Below, piece by piece: positions 1 through 12,084 of a stretch of 36,149 bases of DNA (the stretch's first letter is position 1; every line of letters begins with the position of its first letter). Under the pieces are notes generated by a model. The model searched no databases and was not told where the DNA came from. It saw nothing but the letters and a program-made list of their open reading frames with translations. Origin of the DNA: Candidatus Rokuibacteriota bacterium (GTDB lineage Bacteria; Methylomirabilota; Methylomirabilia; Rokubacteriales; DASRDR01); NCBI GenBank assembly GCA_044866005.1, contig JBIOTN010000189.1:1-36149 (forward strand), given 5' to 3'. A program made the position numbers and the translations under genes.

Positions 1-2303
<2,303 letters not shown>

Positions 2304-2328
2304 GCGTGGTACTCTAAAGGACACCGCG

Positions 2329-3591
2329 ATGGCCACGAACGTGCGCGAGCTGGTCGAGGGGCGCGCCCGGGCGGCGCGGGCCGCGGCCCGCGCGCTCGCG
2401 CTCGCCTCGAGCAAGGTGAAGAACGACGCGCTGCTCGCGATGGCGCGCGGGCTCGAGGAGAAAGCGGCCGCGATCATCGAGGCCAACCGCGCCGACCTGG
2501 AGCGGGCGCGGGGCCGGGGCCACCCGCGAGCCTTCCTCGACCGGCTGACGCTCACCGACGCGCGCATCGAGGACATGGGGGCGGGGATCCGCCAGGTGGC
2601 GACGCTTCCCGACCCCGTCGGCGAGACGGTCCGGACGTGGCGCCGTCCCAACGGGATGGAGGTCGGACGCGTCCGGGTCCCCCTGGGCGTCATCGGCATC
2701 ATCTACGAGAGTCGCCCGAACGTGACCGCGGACGCCGCGGCGCTCTGCGTGAAATCGGGCAACGCGTGCGTCCTGCGCGGCGGCCGGGAGGCGCTCGAGT
2801 CGAACGCGGTGATCGCGGCGATCCTGGGCAAGGGGCTGGAGAAGAGCGGGCTGCCCGCCGAGGCGATCGGGTTCATCGACGTGCCCGACCGCCAGGCGGT
2901 CGACGCGCTCCTGACCCTCGACCGGTACGTCGATCTCATCGTGCCGCGGGGAGGGGAAGCGTTCGTCCGCATGGTGGCGGAGCGGGCGACCATCCCGGTC
3001 CTCAAGCACGACAAGGGTCTCTGCCACGTCTACGTCGACGCCGACGCGGACCTCGCCATGGCGGCCGGGATCGCCTTCAACGCCAAGGTCCAGCGGCCGG
3101 GCGTCTGCAACGCCATGGAGACGCTCCTCGTGCACGCGGCGGTGGCGGCCGCCTTCCTGCCCGCGGCGGCGGCGCGCTTCCAGGAAGCCGGCGTCGAGCT
3201 GCGCGGCTGTCCCCGCACGCGCGAGCTGGTGCCCTGGGCGAAGCCGGCAACGGACGAGGACTGGAGCACGGAATACCTGGACCTCGTCCTCGCGGTCCGC
3301 GTGGTGGACGACTTCGACGCCGCCGTCGCGCACATCCGGGATTACGGCTCCGGTCTCGCCGAGGCGATCGTCACGCGGGACTACGGGCGGGCGCGGCGCT
3401 TCCTCAGCGAGGTGGACGCGGCCTGCGTGCTGGTCAACGCCTCCACCCGGCTCTGCGACGGCAACCAGTTCGGGATGGGCGCCGAGCTCGGCATCTCCAC
3501 CTCGAAGCTCCATGCCCGCGGTCCCGTGGGCGTCGAGGAGCTGACCACGACGAAGTTCGTCGTGCTGGGCTCGGGGCAGCTCAGGGAGTAG
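2329..3591 (+). CDS. proA: Gamma-glutamyl phosphate reductase
   Basis: PLGVIGIIYESRPNVT, catalytic GVCNAMETLL, VNASTR, GAELGISTSKLHARGP; follows proB. Confidence 0.97.
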   Translation: MATNVRELVEGRARAARAAARALALASSKVKNDALLAMARGLEEKAAAIIEANRADLERARGRGHPRAFLDRLTLTDARIEDMGAGIRQVATLPDPVGETVRTWRRPNGMEVGRVRVPLGVIGIIYESRPNVTADAAALCVKSGNACVLRGGREALESNAVIAAILGKGLEKSGLPAEAIGFIDVPDRQAVDALLTLDRYVDLIVPRGGEAFVRMVAERATIPVLKHDKGLCHVYVDADADLAMAAGIAFNAKVQRPGVCNAMETLLVHAAVAAAFLPAAAARFQEAGVELRGCPRTRELVPWAKPATDEDWSTEYLDLVLAVRVVDDFDAAVAHIRDYGSGLAEAIVTRDYGRARRFLSEVDAACVLVNASTRLCDGNQFGMGAELGISTSKLHARGPVGVEELTTTKFVVLGSGQLRE

Positions 3592-3621
3592 CCGGCGGCG
3601 TGCGCCAGCTCTGAGCGCCGC

Positions 3622-4299
3622 ATGGCCGAGTTGCGGCTGGGTGTCCTCGGCGGGACGTTCAATCCGATCCACCTCGGCCACCTCGTCCTGGCCGAATCCT
3701 TCCGCGAGCGTCTCGGGCTCGACCGGCTCCTCTTCGTGCCCGCCGGCCTGCCGCCGCACAAGGACGCGACGCACATCGCCCCGGCGCTCGACCGTTACGC
3801 GATGGTGAGCCTCGCGGTCGCCGGGCACCCCGCGTTCGCGGCCTCCGACCTGGAGCTCCGGCGCCCCGGCGCCTCCTACACCGTCGACAGCGTCGAGGCG
3901 CTGGCCGGCGAGTGGCCCGGGGCCCGGCTGTTCCTCCTGATGGGGAGCGACACGTTCCTCGACCTTCCCACCTGGCGGACGCCGGAGCGCCTCACGACCT
4001 GGGCGACGCTCGCCGTCGGCCACCGCGCGGGGAGCGAGTTCGCGCCGAAGGGGCCCGAGGCCTGCGCCGTGCTCGAGCGGCTGGGCGGGCTCCGGTGGGA
4101 GCGCCTGGCGTCGCGCGGGCCCGCGGGGGTGGACGCGACCCCGCCCGGCGCGATCCTGCTGGTCGAGACGCGCTCGCTGCCCGTGTCGGCCCGGGAGATC
4201 CGTCAGCGGGTCGCGGCAGGCGGGAGCGTCCGCTACCTCGTGCCCCTCGCCGTCGCCGACTACATCGCGCAGCACCGCCTCTACGGCGACCGCGCCTGA
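3622..4299 (+). CDS. nadD: Nicotinate-nucleotide adenylyltransferase
   Basis: GGTFNPIHLGH (HxGH motif), PPHK, SYTVD, MGSD, VSAREIR; conserved proA-nadD-rsfS context. Confidence 0.95.
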   Translation: MAELRLGVLGGTFNPIHLGHLVLAESFRERLGLDRLLFVPAGLPPHKDATHIAPALDRYAMVSLAVAGHPAFAASDLELRRPGASYTVDSVEALAGEWPGARLFLLMGSDTFLDLPTWRTPERLTTWATLAVGHRAGSEFAPKGPEACAVLERLGGLRWERLASRGPAGVDATPPGAILLVETRSLPVSAREIRQRVAAGGSVRYLVPLAVADYIAQHRLYGDRA

Positions 4300-4331
4300 C
4301 GCGGAGTCGCCACGCCCGCCGAGCGCGTTTC

Positions 4332-4682
4332 TTGTCGCTGACCGCCGCCTCGAAGGCCCGCCTGGGCGCTTCCGCCGCGCTCGCCAAGAAGGCGGAGTCC
4401 TTGCTCGTGCTCGACCTCCAGTCGCTCTCCACGATCGCGGACTACTTCGTCATCTGCTCCGGGAACTCCACGACGCAGCTCCGCACCATCGCCGACGCGA
4501 TCGAGCAGAGCCTGAAGGCCGAAGGGTGTCAGGTCTTCCACCGCGAGGGATTGCCCGAGTCGGGCTGGATGCTGCTCGACTACGGGGACGTCGTCGTGCA
4601 CGTCTTCCTCCCGGAGACGCGGCGGTTCTACGCCCTGGACCGGCTGTGGGGCGACGCGCCGGAGGTGCCGATCGAAGCGTAG
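4332..4682 (+). CDS. rsfS: Ribosome silencing factor RsfS (Iojap)
   Basis: ADYFVICSG, WMLLDYGDVVVHVF, RRFYALDRLW. The TTG start at 4332 is approximate. Confidence 0.92.
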   Translation: MSLTAASKARLGASAALAKKAESLLVLDLQSLSTIADYFVICSGNSTTQLRTIADAIEQSLKAEGCQVFHREGLPESGWMLLDYGDVVVHVFLPETRRFYALDRLWGDAPEVPIEA

Positions 4683-4713
4683 CGGCGAGAGGCGCGCGAG
4701 AGTTTTTTGCGGC

Positions 4714-4742
4714 TAGACACCCCCGGGGTCCCGTGCTAACGT
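4714..4742 (+). promoter_or_regulatory. Putative sigma70 promoter for the dksA-like gene
   Basis: TAGACA (4714-4719), 17-bp spacer, TGc-TAACGT extended -10 (4737-4742); RBS GGAGGAGG at 4773-4780. Confidence 0.5.
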
Positions 4743-4790
4743 CCCTCTACCCTAATGCTCGAGTCGCCGAAGGGAGGAGGCATCCGGCGC

Positions 4791-5159
4791 ATGAAGATAA
4801 AAAAAGATCGACTCACCCAGTTTCGAAAGACGCTGCTGGCCAAGCGGCGCCAGCTCGAGGACGAGGTCGGCCGGAGCGCGCTCTACGGCAAGGGGCAGGA
4901 AGATTCGATCAAAGACCTCGGGGACCAGGCGACCACCGCGTACACGCGTGAATTCCTCTTCGAGCTCGGCAACGGAGATCGCCGGCTGCTCAAGGAGGTC
5001 ATGATCGCGCTCCGGAAGCTCGACGAGGGCGGCTTCGGCGAGTGCGAGCGCTGCGGCGACCCGATCGCCGAGAAGCGGCTCGAGGCGCTGCCCTTCGCGC
5101 GCTACTGCATCGGCTGCCAGCGGCTGATCGAGCAGGAAGACAAGGCCGCGACCGGTTAG
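4791..5159 (+). CDS. dksA: TraR/DksA family C4 zinc-finger transcription factor
   Basis: Coiled-coil tip motif DLGDQA (DxxDxA), zinc finger CERC...RLEALP...CIGCQ; strong RBS before ATG 4791. Confidence 0.88.
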   Translation: MKIKKDRLTQFRKTLLAKRRQLEDEVGRSALYGKGQEDSIKDLGDQATTAYTREFLFELGNGDRRLLKEVMIALRKLDEGGFGECERCGDPIAEKRLEALPFARYCIGCQRLIEQEDKAATG

Positions 5160-5234
5160 TCGTCGTTTTCGGAGGGCACGTCCGCCCTCCGCGAGCCTCC
5201 CCCCGGGCTTGGGCGGGCGCGCGGGGAGCGCTTC
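5156..5234 (-). repeat. Degenerate REP-like repeat in reverse orientation (copy b)
   Basis: TTAG...TTCGGAGGGC-acgtcc-GCCCTCCG followed by GCCTCCCCCGGG. GGAGCGCTTC (5225-5234) is the reverse complement of GAAGCGCTCC (9881-9890). Confidence 0.55.
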
Positions 5235-5306
5235 GGACAGCCGTTCGGTCCGCCCGGCACGGCCGAGGTGCCCTCCACGCCTGGCGCGTCGTCGGCGAGT
5301 CGAGGG

Positions 5307-6053
5307 ATGAGCGGCTGGCTCGGCGCGCTCCTCGACCTCGTCTTCCCCGCCGTCTGTCCGGTGTGCGGGGCGCGGTCGGACGACCCCCCGCACCGTCCCT
5401 TCTGCGCCCGCTGCTGGGCCGACCTGCCCCTCCTTCCGGGGTCGGGATGCGCCATCTGTGGCCGTCTCTTTCCCGGGCTGCCCCCCGCGCTGCCCTGTGA
5501 CGGCTGCCGGCGGGCCCCGCCCCCCGTGGGGTTCGCGCGCGCGGTCGGCGCGTACCGCGACGGCCTGCGGGCGGCGATTCACGCGCTCAAGTACGGGCGC
5601 CGGACCGTCGTGGCCCGCCCCCTCGCCGCGCTCCTCGCCGACGCGGGGGCGCGCCTCTTGCCGACGGCGCCGGGCACAGGCCCCGGCGACCTGATCGACG
5701 CGCTCGTTCCGGTGCCGCTCCACCCCGCGCGGCTCGCCGAGCGCGGGTTCAACCAGGCCGAGCTGCTCGCCGCGCCCTGCGCCCGAGCCTGGCAGCGTCC
5801 GCTCCTCGCGCACGCCCTCCTCCGCCGCCGGCCCACGCGCCCGCAAACGGAGCTCGACGCCGCGGCTCGGCGCGAGAACGTCGCAGGCGCCTTCGCCGTC
5901 GCGCGGCCGGAGGAGGTCCGCGGCCGACGGCTGCTCCTCGTGGACGATGTCCTCACCACGGGCGCCACCGCCTGGGCGGCGGCGCGCGCGCTCCGGCAGG
6001 GCGGAGCCGCCGCCGTCGGCGTCCTCGTGCTCGCCCGGGTGACCGACCCGTGA
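5307..6053 (+). CDS. comF: ComF family protein (double zinc ribbon plus phosphoribosyltransferase domain)
   Basis: LLDLVFPxxCxxC and further CxxC pairs, VPVPLH, RGFNQAELLA, LLVDDVLTTGAT. Confidence 0.93.
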   Translation: MSGWLGALLDLVFPAVCPVCGARSDDPPHRPFCARCWADLPLLPGSGCAICGRLFPGLPPALPCDGCRRAPPPVGFARAVGAYRDGLRAAIHALKYGRRTVVARPLAALLADAGARLLPTAPGTGPGDLIDALVPVPLHPARLAERGFNQAELLAAPCARAWQRPLLAHALLRRRPTRPQTELDAAARRENVAGAFAVARPEEVRGRRLLLVDDVLTTGATAWAAARALRQGGAAAVGVLVLARVTDP

Positions 6054-6065
6054 GCGGCCTCGCGG

Positions 6066-6095
6066 TTGACGCTCCTCGCGCCCGGCTCCTATAAT
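6066..6095 (+). promoter_or_regulatory. Sigma70 promoter of the gap-pgk-tpiA-secG operon
   Basis: TTGACG (6066-6071), 18-bp spacer, perfect TATAAT (6090-6095); RBS AAGGAG before gap. Confidence 0.75.
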
Positions 6096-6170
6096 GGCTT
6101 TCGTGGACGGTTGAGTCCCTCGCGTTCCCCGCACGCCCCGAGTCAACCTCCGGTCCCGCACAAGGAGTAG

Positions 6171-7181
<1,011 letters not shown>

Positions 7182-7211
7182 CGGGCGGCGCGCCGCGCGG
7201 GGGTCCCGCCG

Positions 7212-8405
7212 ATGGCGAAGCGGACGATCCAGGAGGTCGAGCTCGGCGGTCGCCGCGTCTTTCTCCGCGTCGACTTCAACGTGCCGCTCTCGCGTGACGG
7301 CACGGTGGCCGAGGACGCCCGGATCCGGGCGACGCTGCCCACCATCGAGCTCGCCCGGAAGGCCGGCGCGCGCCTGGTCCTGGCCTCCCACCTCGGCCGG
7401 CCGAAGGCGCAGCCGGACCCCCGACTCTCGCTGCGGCCGGTCGCGGCGCGCCTCGGCGAGCTCCTGGGCGAGTCCGTCCCCGTGGCGCCCGATTGCATCG
7501 GGCCGGCCGTCGAGGCGGCCGCCCGCGCGCTCCAGCCCGCGCGCCTCCTGCTCCTGGAAAATCTGCGCTTCCACGCCGGCGAGGAGGCGAACGATCCGGC
7601 CTTCGCGAAAGGGCTCGCCGGCCTGGCCGACGTCTACGTGAACGACGCGTTCGCGGCCGCCCATCGAGCCCACGCCTCGACGGAGGGGATCACGCGCTTC
7701 CTGCGCCCGGCCGTCGCCGGGCTCCTCATGAAGCAGGAGCTCGAGACCCTCGGCCGCATCCTGGAGGCGCCGGCGCGGCCGCTCACGGCGATCCTGGGGG
7801 GGGCCAAGGTCTCGGACAAGCTCGGGCTCGTCGACGCCCTCCTCGGGCGCGTGAACCGTCTGCTCGTCGGCGGCGGCATGGCCTTCACCTTCCTCAAGGC
7901 GCAGGGCCGGGAGGTCGGGCGCTCGCTCCTCGAGGTCGACCTCGTCCCCGCCGCGGCCCGGCTGCTCGAATCGGCGACGCGGCGGGGCGTCGAGCTGACC
8001 TTGCCCGTCGACGTGGTCGTCGCCGCGGACCCCGAGGCGGCGGCCGGGGAGACCGTGCCGGTCGGCGCCATCCCGGCCGAGCGGATGGGACTCGACATCG
8101 GCCCGGGGACCCTCAGCGTCTTCGCGGCGGCGATCCGCGAGAGCCGGACCGTCGTCTGGAACGGCCCGATGGGGGTCTTCGAGCGCGCCCCCTGGGCCGC
8201 GGGGACGCTCGGGGTCGCCCGCGCCGTCGCCGACGCGCCCGGCCTCACCGTCGTCGGCGGCGGGGACACGGTCGCGGCGATCGAGCGGGCCGGGGTGGCC
8301 GGGCGCATCGGGTACGTCTCGACCGGCGGTGGCGCCTTTCTCGAGTACCTGGAGGGGCGGAGCTTGCCGGGCGTCGCCGCCCTGGACGACGTGCCGTGCG
8401 GATAA
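7212..8405 (+). CDS. pgk: Phosphoglycerate kinase
   Basis: [50 protein letters not shown]. Confidence 0.98.
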   Translation: MAKRTIQEVELGGRRVFLRVDFNVPLSRDGTVAEDARIRATLPTIELARKAGARLVLASHLGRPKAQPDPRLSLRPVAARLGELLGESVPVAPDCIGPAVEAAARALQPARLLLLENLRFHAGEEANDPAFAKGLAGLADVYVNDAFAAAHRAHASTEGITRFLRPAVAGLLMKQELETLGRILEAPARPLTAILGGAKVSDKLGLVDALLGRVNRLLVGGGMAFTFLKAQGREVGRSLLEVDLVPAAARLLESATRRGVELTLPVDVVVAADPEAAAGETVPVGAIPAERMGLDIGPGTLSVFAAAIRESRTVVWNGPMGVFERAPWAAGTLGVARAVADAPGLTVVGGGDTVAAIERAGVAGRIGYVSTGGGAFLEYLEGRSLPGVAALDDVPCG

Positions 8406-8544
8406 CCGTCGCATCTCGGCGTCTGGCATCACGGCCGGGCCGCGCTCGGCCTGCGGCCTCGCGGCCGTCCCGCCCTCTGGGGCCCTCGGCGCGCCTCGAG
8501 TCCTCGCCTGGGAGGAGGCAGGCCCGAGCCGGTCGCCGAAGGGC

Positions 8545-8608
8545 GAGCGGCGCGGCTTTGCCGCGAGGGCCGTCGGAGGGGGGCAACGCCCCCCGCCGAG
8601 AAAAGTAA
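8545..8608 (+). repeat. REP-like double-hairpin repeat (copy c) in the pgk-tpiA spacer
   Basis: CGCGGC-TTT-GCCGCG, then TCGGAGGGGGG-CAAC-GCCCCCC..CCGA. Bases 8560-8582 are the exact reverse complement of 33701-33723. Confidence 0.75.
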
Positions 8609-8613
8609 CGGCG

Positions 8614-9402
8614 GTGCGGGAGCCGAGGGTCGTCGCCAACTGGAAGATGCACACGACGCTGGCCGAGGCGCGGGCGCTGGCCCAGGCGGTCCGGGAGGCC
8701 TGCGACGGCTGGGTCGGGGTGCGGGTCGTGCTCTGTCCCCCCTTCACGGCCCTCGCCACCGTCGGGCAGGCGCTCGCCGGATCCACGATCGGCCTCGGCG
8801 CGCAGGACGCGCACTGGGAGGCGGCCGGCGCCTTCACGGGCGCCGTCTCGCCGTCCCAGCTCCGCGACCTCGGGGCCGAGGTCGTGATCCTGGGCCACTC
8901 CGAGCGGCGTCAGCACTTCGGTGAGACGGACCCGGTGGTCCAGCGGAAGGTCGCGGCGGCTCTCGCCCACGGGCTCACGCCGCTCGTCTGCGTCGGCGAG
9001 ACGGTGGCCGAGCGCGCGGCCGGGACGACGGCCCAGGTCGTGGCGCGGCAGCTCCGCGCCGCGCTCGACGGCCGGGCGGCGGCGGAGATCCGGCGCTGCT
9101 GGGTGGCCTACGAGCCGGTCTGGGCGATCGGCACGGGGCAGACGGCCACCCCGGCCCAGGCCGCCGAGGTCCACGGCCAGCTCCGGGACCTGCTTCGAGA
9201 GCTGGCCGGTGCCCCGGTCGCCGAGCGCTGCCCGATCCTCTATGGTGGAAGCATCAAACCTGATAACATGCCTGCGCTCATGGCCGAGGCCGAGGTGGAC
9301 GGCGGCCTGGTCGGCGGGGCGAGCCTCAAGGCGACCGACTTCGTCGCGATCGTCCGGGCCGCGCTCGAGGCGAAAGGCCGCGCGGCCACGGCCGCGCGCT
9401 GA
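8614..9402 (+). CDS. tpiA: Triosephosphate isomerase
   Basis: ANWKMH, GHSERR, AYEPVWAIGTG, LYGGS, GLVGGASL. GTG start at 8614 inferred from where family homology begins. Confidence 0.96.
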   Translation: MREPRVVANWKMHTTLAEARALAQAVREACDGWVGVRVVLCPPFTALATVGQALAGSTIGLGAQDAHWEAAGAFTGAVSPSQLRDLGAEVVILGHSERRQHFGETDPVVQRKVAAALAHGLTPLVCVGETVAERAAGTTAQVVARQLRAALDGRAAAEIRRCWVAYEPVWAIGTGQTATPAQAAEVHGQLRDLLRELAGAPVAERCPILYGGSIKPDNMPALMAEAEVDGGLVGGASLKATDFVAIVRAALEAKGRAATAAR

Positions 9403-9420
9403 ACTCCAAAGGAGCCCGAC

Positions 9421-9744
9421 GTGTACGCTCTGCTCGTGGCCCTGCACGTGCTCGTCTCGGTCGCCATCATCGCGATCGTCCTCCTCCAGGCGGGCAAGGG
9501 GGCCGACATCGGTTCCGCGTTCGGTGGCGGCGGCAGCCAGGCGGTGTTCGGCTCGATGGGCACGCCCACGATCCTCGGCAAGATCACGACCACCGTCGCG
9601 ATCATCTTCATGCTGACGTCTTTCAGCCTGGCGCTGCTCTCCGCGCGGCACAGCTCGGTGGTGCCTTCGACCGTGCCCGCCACGACGCCCGAGGCGCCGG
9701 CGGCACCCGCGGGCTCGCCGGCTGCGCCGCCCGCGCAGCAGTAG
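9421..9744 (+). CDS. secG: Preprotein translocase subunit SecG
   Basis: Two transmembrane segments flanking LLQAGKGADIGSAFGGGGSQAVFGS; follows tpiA; RBS AAAGGAG. Confidence 0.95.
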   Translation: MYALLVALHVLVSVAIIAIVLLQAGKGADIGSAFGGGGSQAVFGSMGTPTILGKITTTVAIIFMLTSFSLALLSARHSSVVPSTVPATTPEAPAAPAGSPAAPPAQQ

Positions 9745-9880
9745 ACGGGCCGCTCGCTCGCCACGGGGAGCCGCGCCGCCTGAGCACCGCCGTCGAGAAC
9801 CGCCCGGCCCCCCGGACGCCCCACCGCAGCGGGATGCTGAAGAAGGACGCCAACGGCGAGAGCCCCCTCGCGCGAGGAAC

Positions 9881-9971
9881 GAAGCGCTCCGGGCGCGGGC
9901 TTCGCCCGCGCACCCCTCCCCGGGGAGGCATCGGAGGGGGGCAGAGCCCCCCATCCGAGAGATCGAGCTAG
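9881..9971 (+). repeat. REP-like double-hairpin repeat (copy d), ending in CTAG immediately before an ATG
   Basis: GCGCGGGC-TTC-GCCCGCGC, then GGAGGCATCGGAGGGGGGC-AGA-GCCCCCCATCCGA...GAGCTAG, followed directly by ATG 9972. Confidence 0.75.
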
Positions 9972-12074
9972 ATGCCCTCGAAGAAGCTCCTGCTCGTCGC
10001 CGCGCCGACGCTCGTGAGCCTGTTCCTCCTCCAGTCCTATCTCTGGGTCCCGACCTTCGACGACCAGGCGCGCGGGGACGCAGGCCGCCTGACGCGGTAC
10101 ATCAGCGGCGGCATCGGCGACGCCGCGATCCTGAACCCGACGCTCTCGGCCGACTCGGCGTCGAGCGAGATCAACGGGCTCGTCTTCGAAGGACTCATCG
10201 ACCGGGACGCCGATCTCTCCTTCCGCGGCCGCCTCGCCGAGTCCTGGCGGGTCTTCGAGGAGGCCTACCTCGTCGCCGACCCGACCCTGCGCCTCGGCGA
10301 CGGCGTCCCGGCGGACCCGCAGGCGCTCCGGGCGCGGATCGAGGCGGCCGCCGCCCGGGGCGCGCTGGGACGTCTGGACGCGGTCGAGGTCCTCCCCGGG
10401 GGCGCCGAGACCGTCCGGGTGCCGGACCCGGCGGCGCCGCCGCCGGGCGCGGGGGCGGCCCCGCCGACGGTCGCCGTCGCCGTCCGGCGGCCGGCCCGCC
10501 TCAAGCTCACGCTGGCCGAGGTCGACCAGGACCTCTTCACGAAGCTCGACCGGCTGCTCGGCGGCTACGTCGGCCGCCTCGACCCGACCCGCTACCTTCA
10601 GGGGCCGCCGGCCGCCGTCCAGGCCCACGCCGCGGACCTGGTCCCCGTGACCGAGCACAACCCGGTGATCCGCTTCAGGCTCCGCCCCGGCGTCCTCTTC
10701 CACGACGGCCGCGAGGTGACGTCGAGAGACGTGAAGTTCACGTACGAGACGATCATGGATCCGCGGAACCTGTCGCCGCGGGTCCCCGACTTCGAGCCCG
10801 TCAAGGCCGTCGAGCCGACCGGGACGCACGAGGTGCGGGTCGTCTACAAGCGGCTCTTCCAGCCCGGCTTCGAGAGCTGGGGCATGGGGATCCTGCCCGA
10901 GCACCTGCTCAATCGCGAGGCGCTCCGCCGGGAGGCGCAGACGCTGGGCCGTGACCCCGCCAAGTACACCGTGCGCGACGCCCGCTTCAACCGCGCCCCG
11001 GTGGGGTCGGGCCCGTTCCGCTTCGTCGCCTGGCGCAGCGACGAGTTCGTCCGGCTCGCGCGGTTCGAGCGGTACTGGGAGGGGCCGCCCCGCTTCGAGG
11101 CCTACTACATGCGCGTGCTGCCCGATCCCGTGACCCTGGAGATGACCTTCTACGCGGGGACCACCGACACCTACGGCGTGCAGCCGCACCAGGTCGCGCG
11201 GCTCCGGAACGACCCGCGCTTCCACACCTTCTCCGGGCTCGCCCTCGGCTACACCTACGTCGGCTACAACATGCGGCGGCCGCCCTTCGACGACGTCCGG
11301 GTCCGCCGGGCGCTGGGGATGGCGATCAACGCGCAGGAGATCATCGACTACGTCCTCTACAAGCAAGCCGAGCGGACGACCGGGCCGTTTCCCAAGCAGA
11401 CCGACTTCTACGACCCCGACGTCCGGCCGTTGCCCTACGACCCGGCCGGCGCGCTGCGGCTCCTGGAGGAGGCGGGCTACCGCAAGAACGCGGCCGGCTG
11501 GCTCGAGAAGAACGGCCGCCCCCTGGCGTTCACGCTGATCACCAACCACGGGAACGAGACGCGCAAGGCGATCATGACCATCGCCCAGAACGCGTGGCGG
11601 CGGCTCGGCATCCAGGTCGAGGCGCTGACGCTCGAGTGGGCGGTCTTCATCAAGGAGAAGGTCAACAAGTCCGACTTCGACGCGGTCGTGCTGGGCTGGG
11701 CGATGGGGCTCGACCCGGATCTCTACCAGATCTTCCACTCGAGCCAGACGGGCGAGTTCCAGCTCAACTTCGTCGGCTACAAGAGCGCCCGCGCGGACGA
11801 GCTGATCGTCCGGATCCGGCAGGAATACGACCCCGCCCGGCAGGTCGCGATGGCCCGCGAGCTCCACCGTCTGATCCACGCGGACCAGCCCTATACGTTC
11901 CTCTACGTCGGCAAGTGGACCGCGCTCCTCGACCGGAAGATCGTGCGGCTCGTGCGATACGACGACGGGAAGCCCGTCTACGCCCCCATCGTCCCCACGA
12001 AGCTCGGTGGATTCACGTTCCACTTCAACGAGTGGATCAAGACGCCACGGCCCGTGGAGCTCGCGCCGAGCTGA
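9972..12074 (+). CDS. ABC transporter substrate-binding protein, family 5 (OppA/DppA-like), with a large insertion
   Basis: LNP..DSAS, GRLAESW, FHDGREVTSRDVKFT, PVGSGPFRF, FDDVRVRRAL. N-terminal hydrophobic anchor; no lipobox cysteine. Confidence 0.9.
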   Translation: MPSKKLLLVAAPTLVSLFLLQSYLWVPTFDDQARGDAGRLTRYISGGIGDAAILNPTLSADSASSEINGLVFEGLIDRDADLSFRGRLAESWRVFEEAYLVADPTLRLGDGVPADPQALRARIEAAAARGALGRLDAVEVLPGGAETVRVPDPAAPPPGAGAAPPTVAVAVRRPARLKLTLAEVDQDLFTKLDRLLGGYVGRLDPTRYLQGPPAAVQAHAADLVPVTEHNPVIRFRLRPGVLFHDGREVTSRDVKFTYETIMDPRNLSPRVPDFEPVKAVEPTGTHEVRVVYKRLFQPGFESWGMGILPEHLLNREALRREAQTLGRDPAKYTVRDARFNRAPVGSGPFRFVAWRSDEFVRLARFERYWEGPPRFEAYYMRVLPDPVTLEMTFYAGTTDTYGVQPHQVARLRNDPRFHTFSGLALGYTYVGYNMRRPPFDDVRVRRALGMAINAQEIIDYVLYKQAERTTGPFPKQTDFYDPDVRPLPYDPAGALRLLEEAGYRKNAAGWLEKNGRPLAFTLITNHGNETRKAIMTIAQNAWRRLGIQVEALTLEWAVFIKEKVNKSDFDAVVLGWAMGLDPDLYQIFHSSQTGEFQLNFVGYKSARADELIVRIRQEYDPARQVAMARELHRLIHADQPYTFLYVGKWTALLDRKIVRLVRYDDGKPVYAPIVPTKLGGFTFHFNEWIKTPRPVELAPS

Positions 12075-12084
12075 GCGTCGCCCG

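Noticed and set aside
2307..2315. TGG-TACTCT extended -10 as an internal proA promoter
   Set aside because: There is no -35, and the implied TSS would cut off the AAAGGA RBS; too weak to call.
7212..9402. Possible frameshift-generated Pgk-TpiA fusion (Thermotoga-like), since the tpiA frame is open back into pgk
   Set aside because: There is no obvious slippery site, the linker would be translated repeat DNA, and open frames are common at this GC content.
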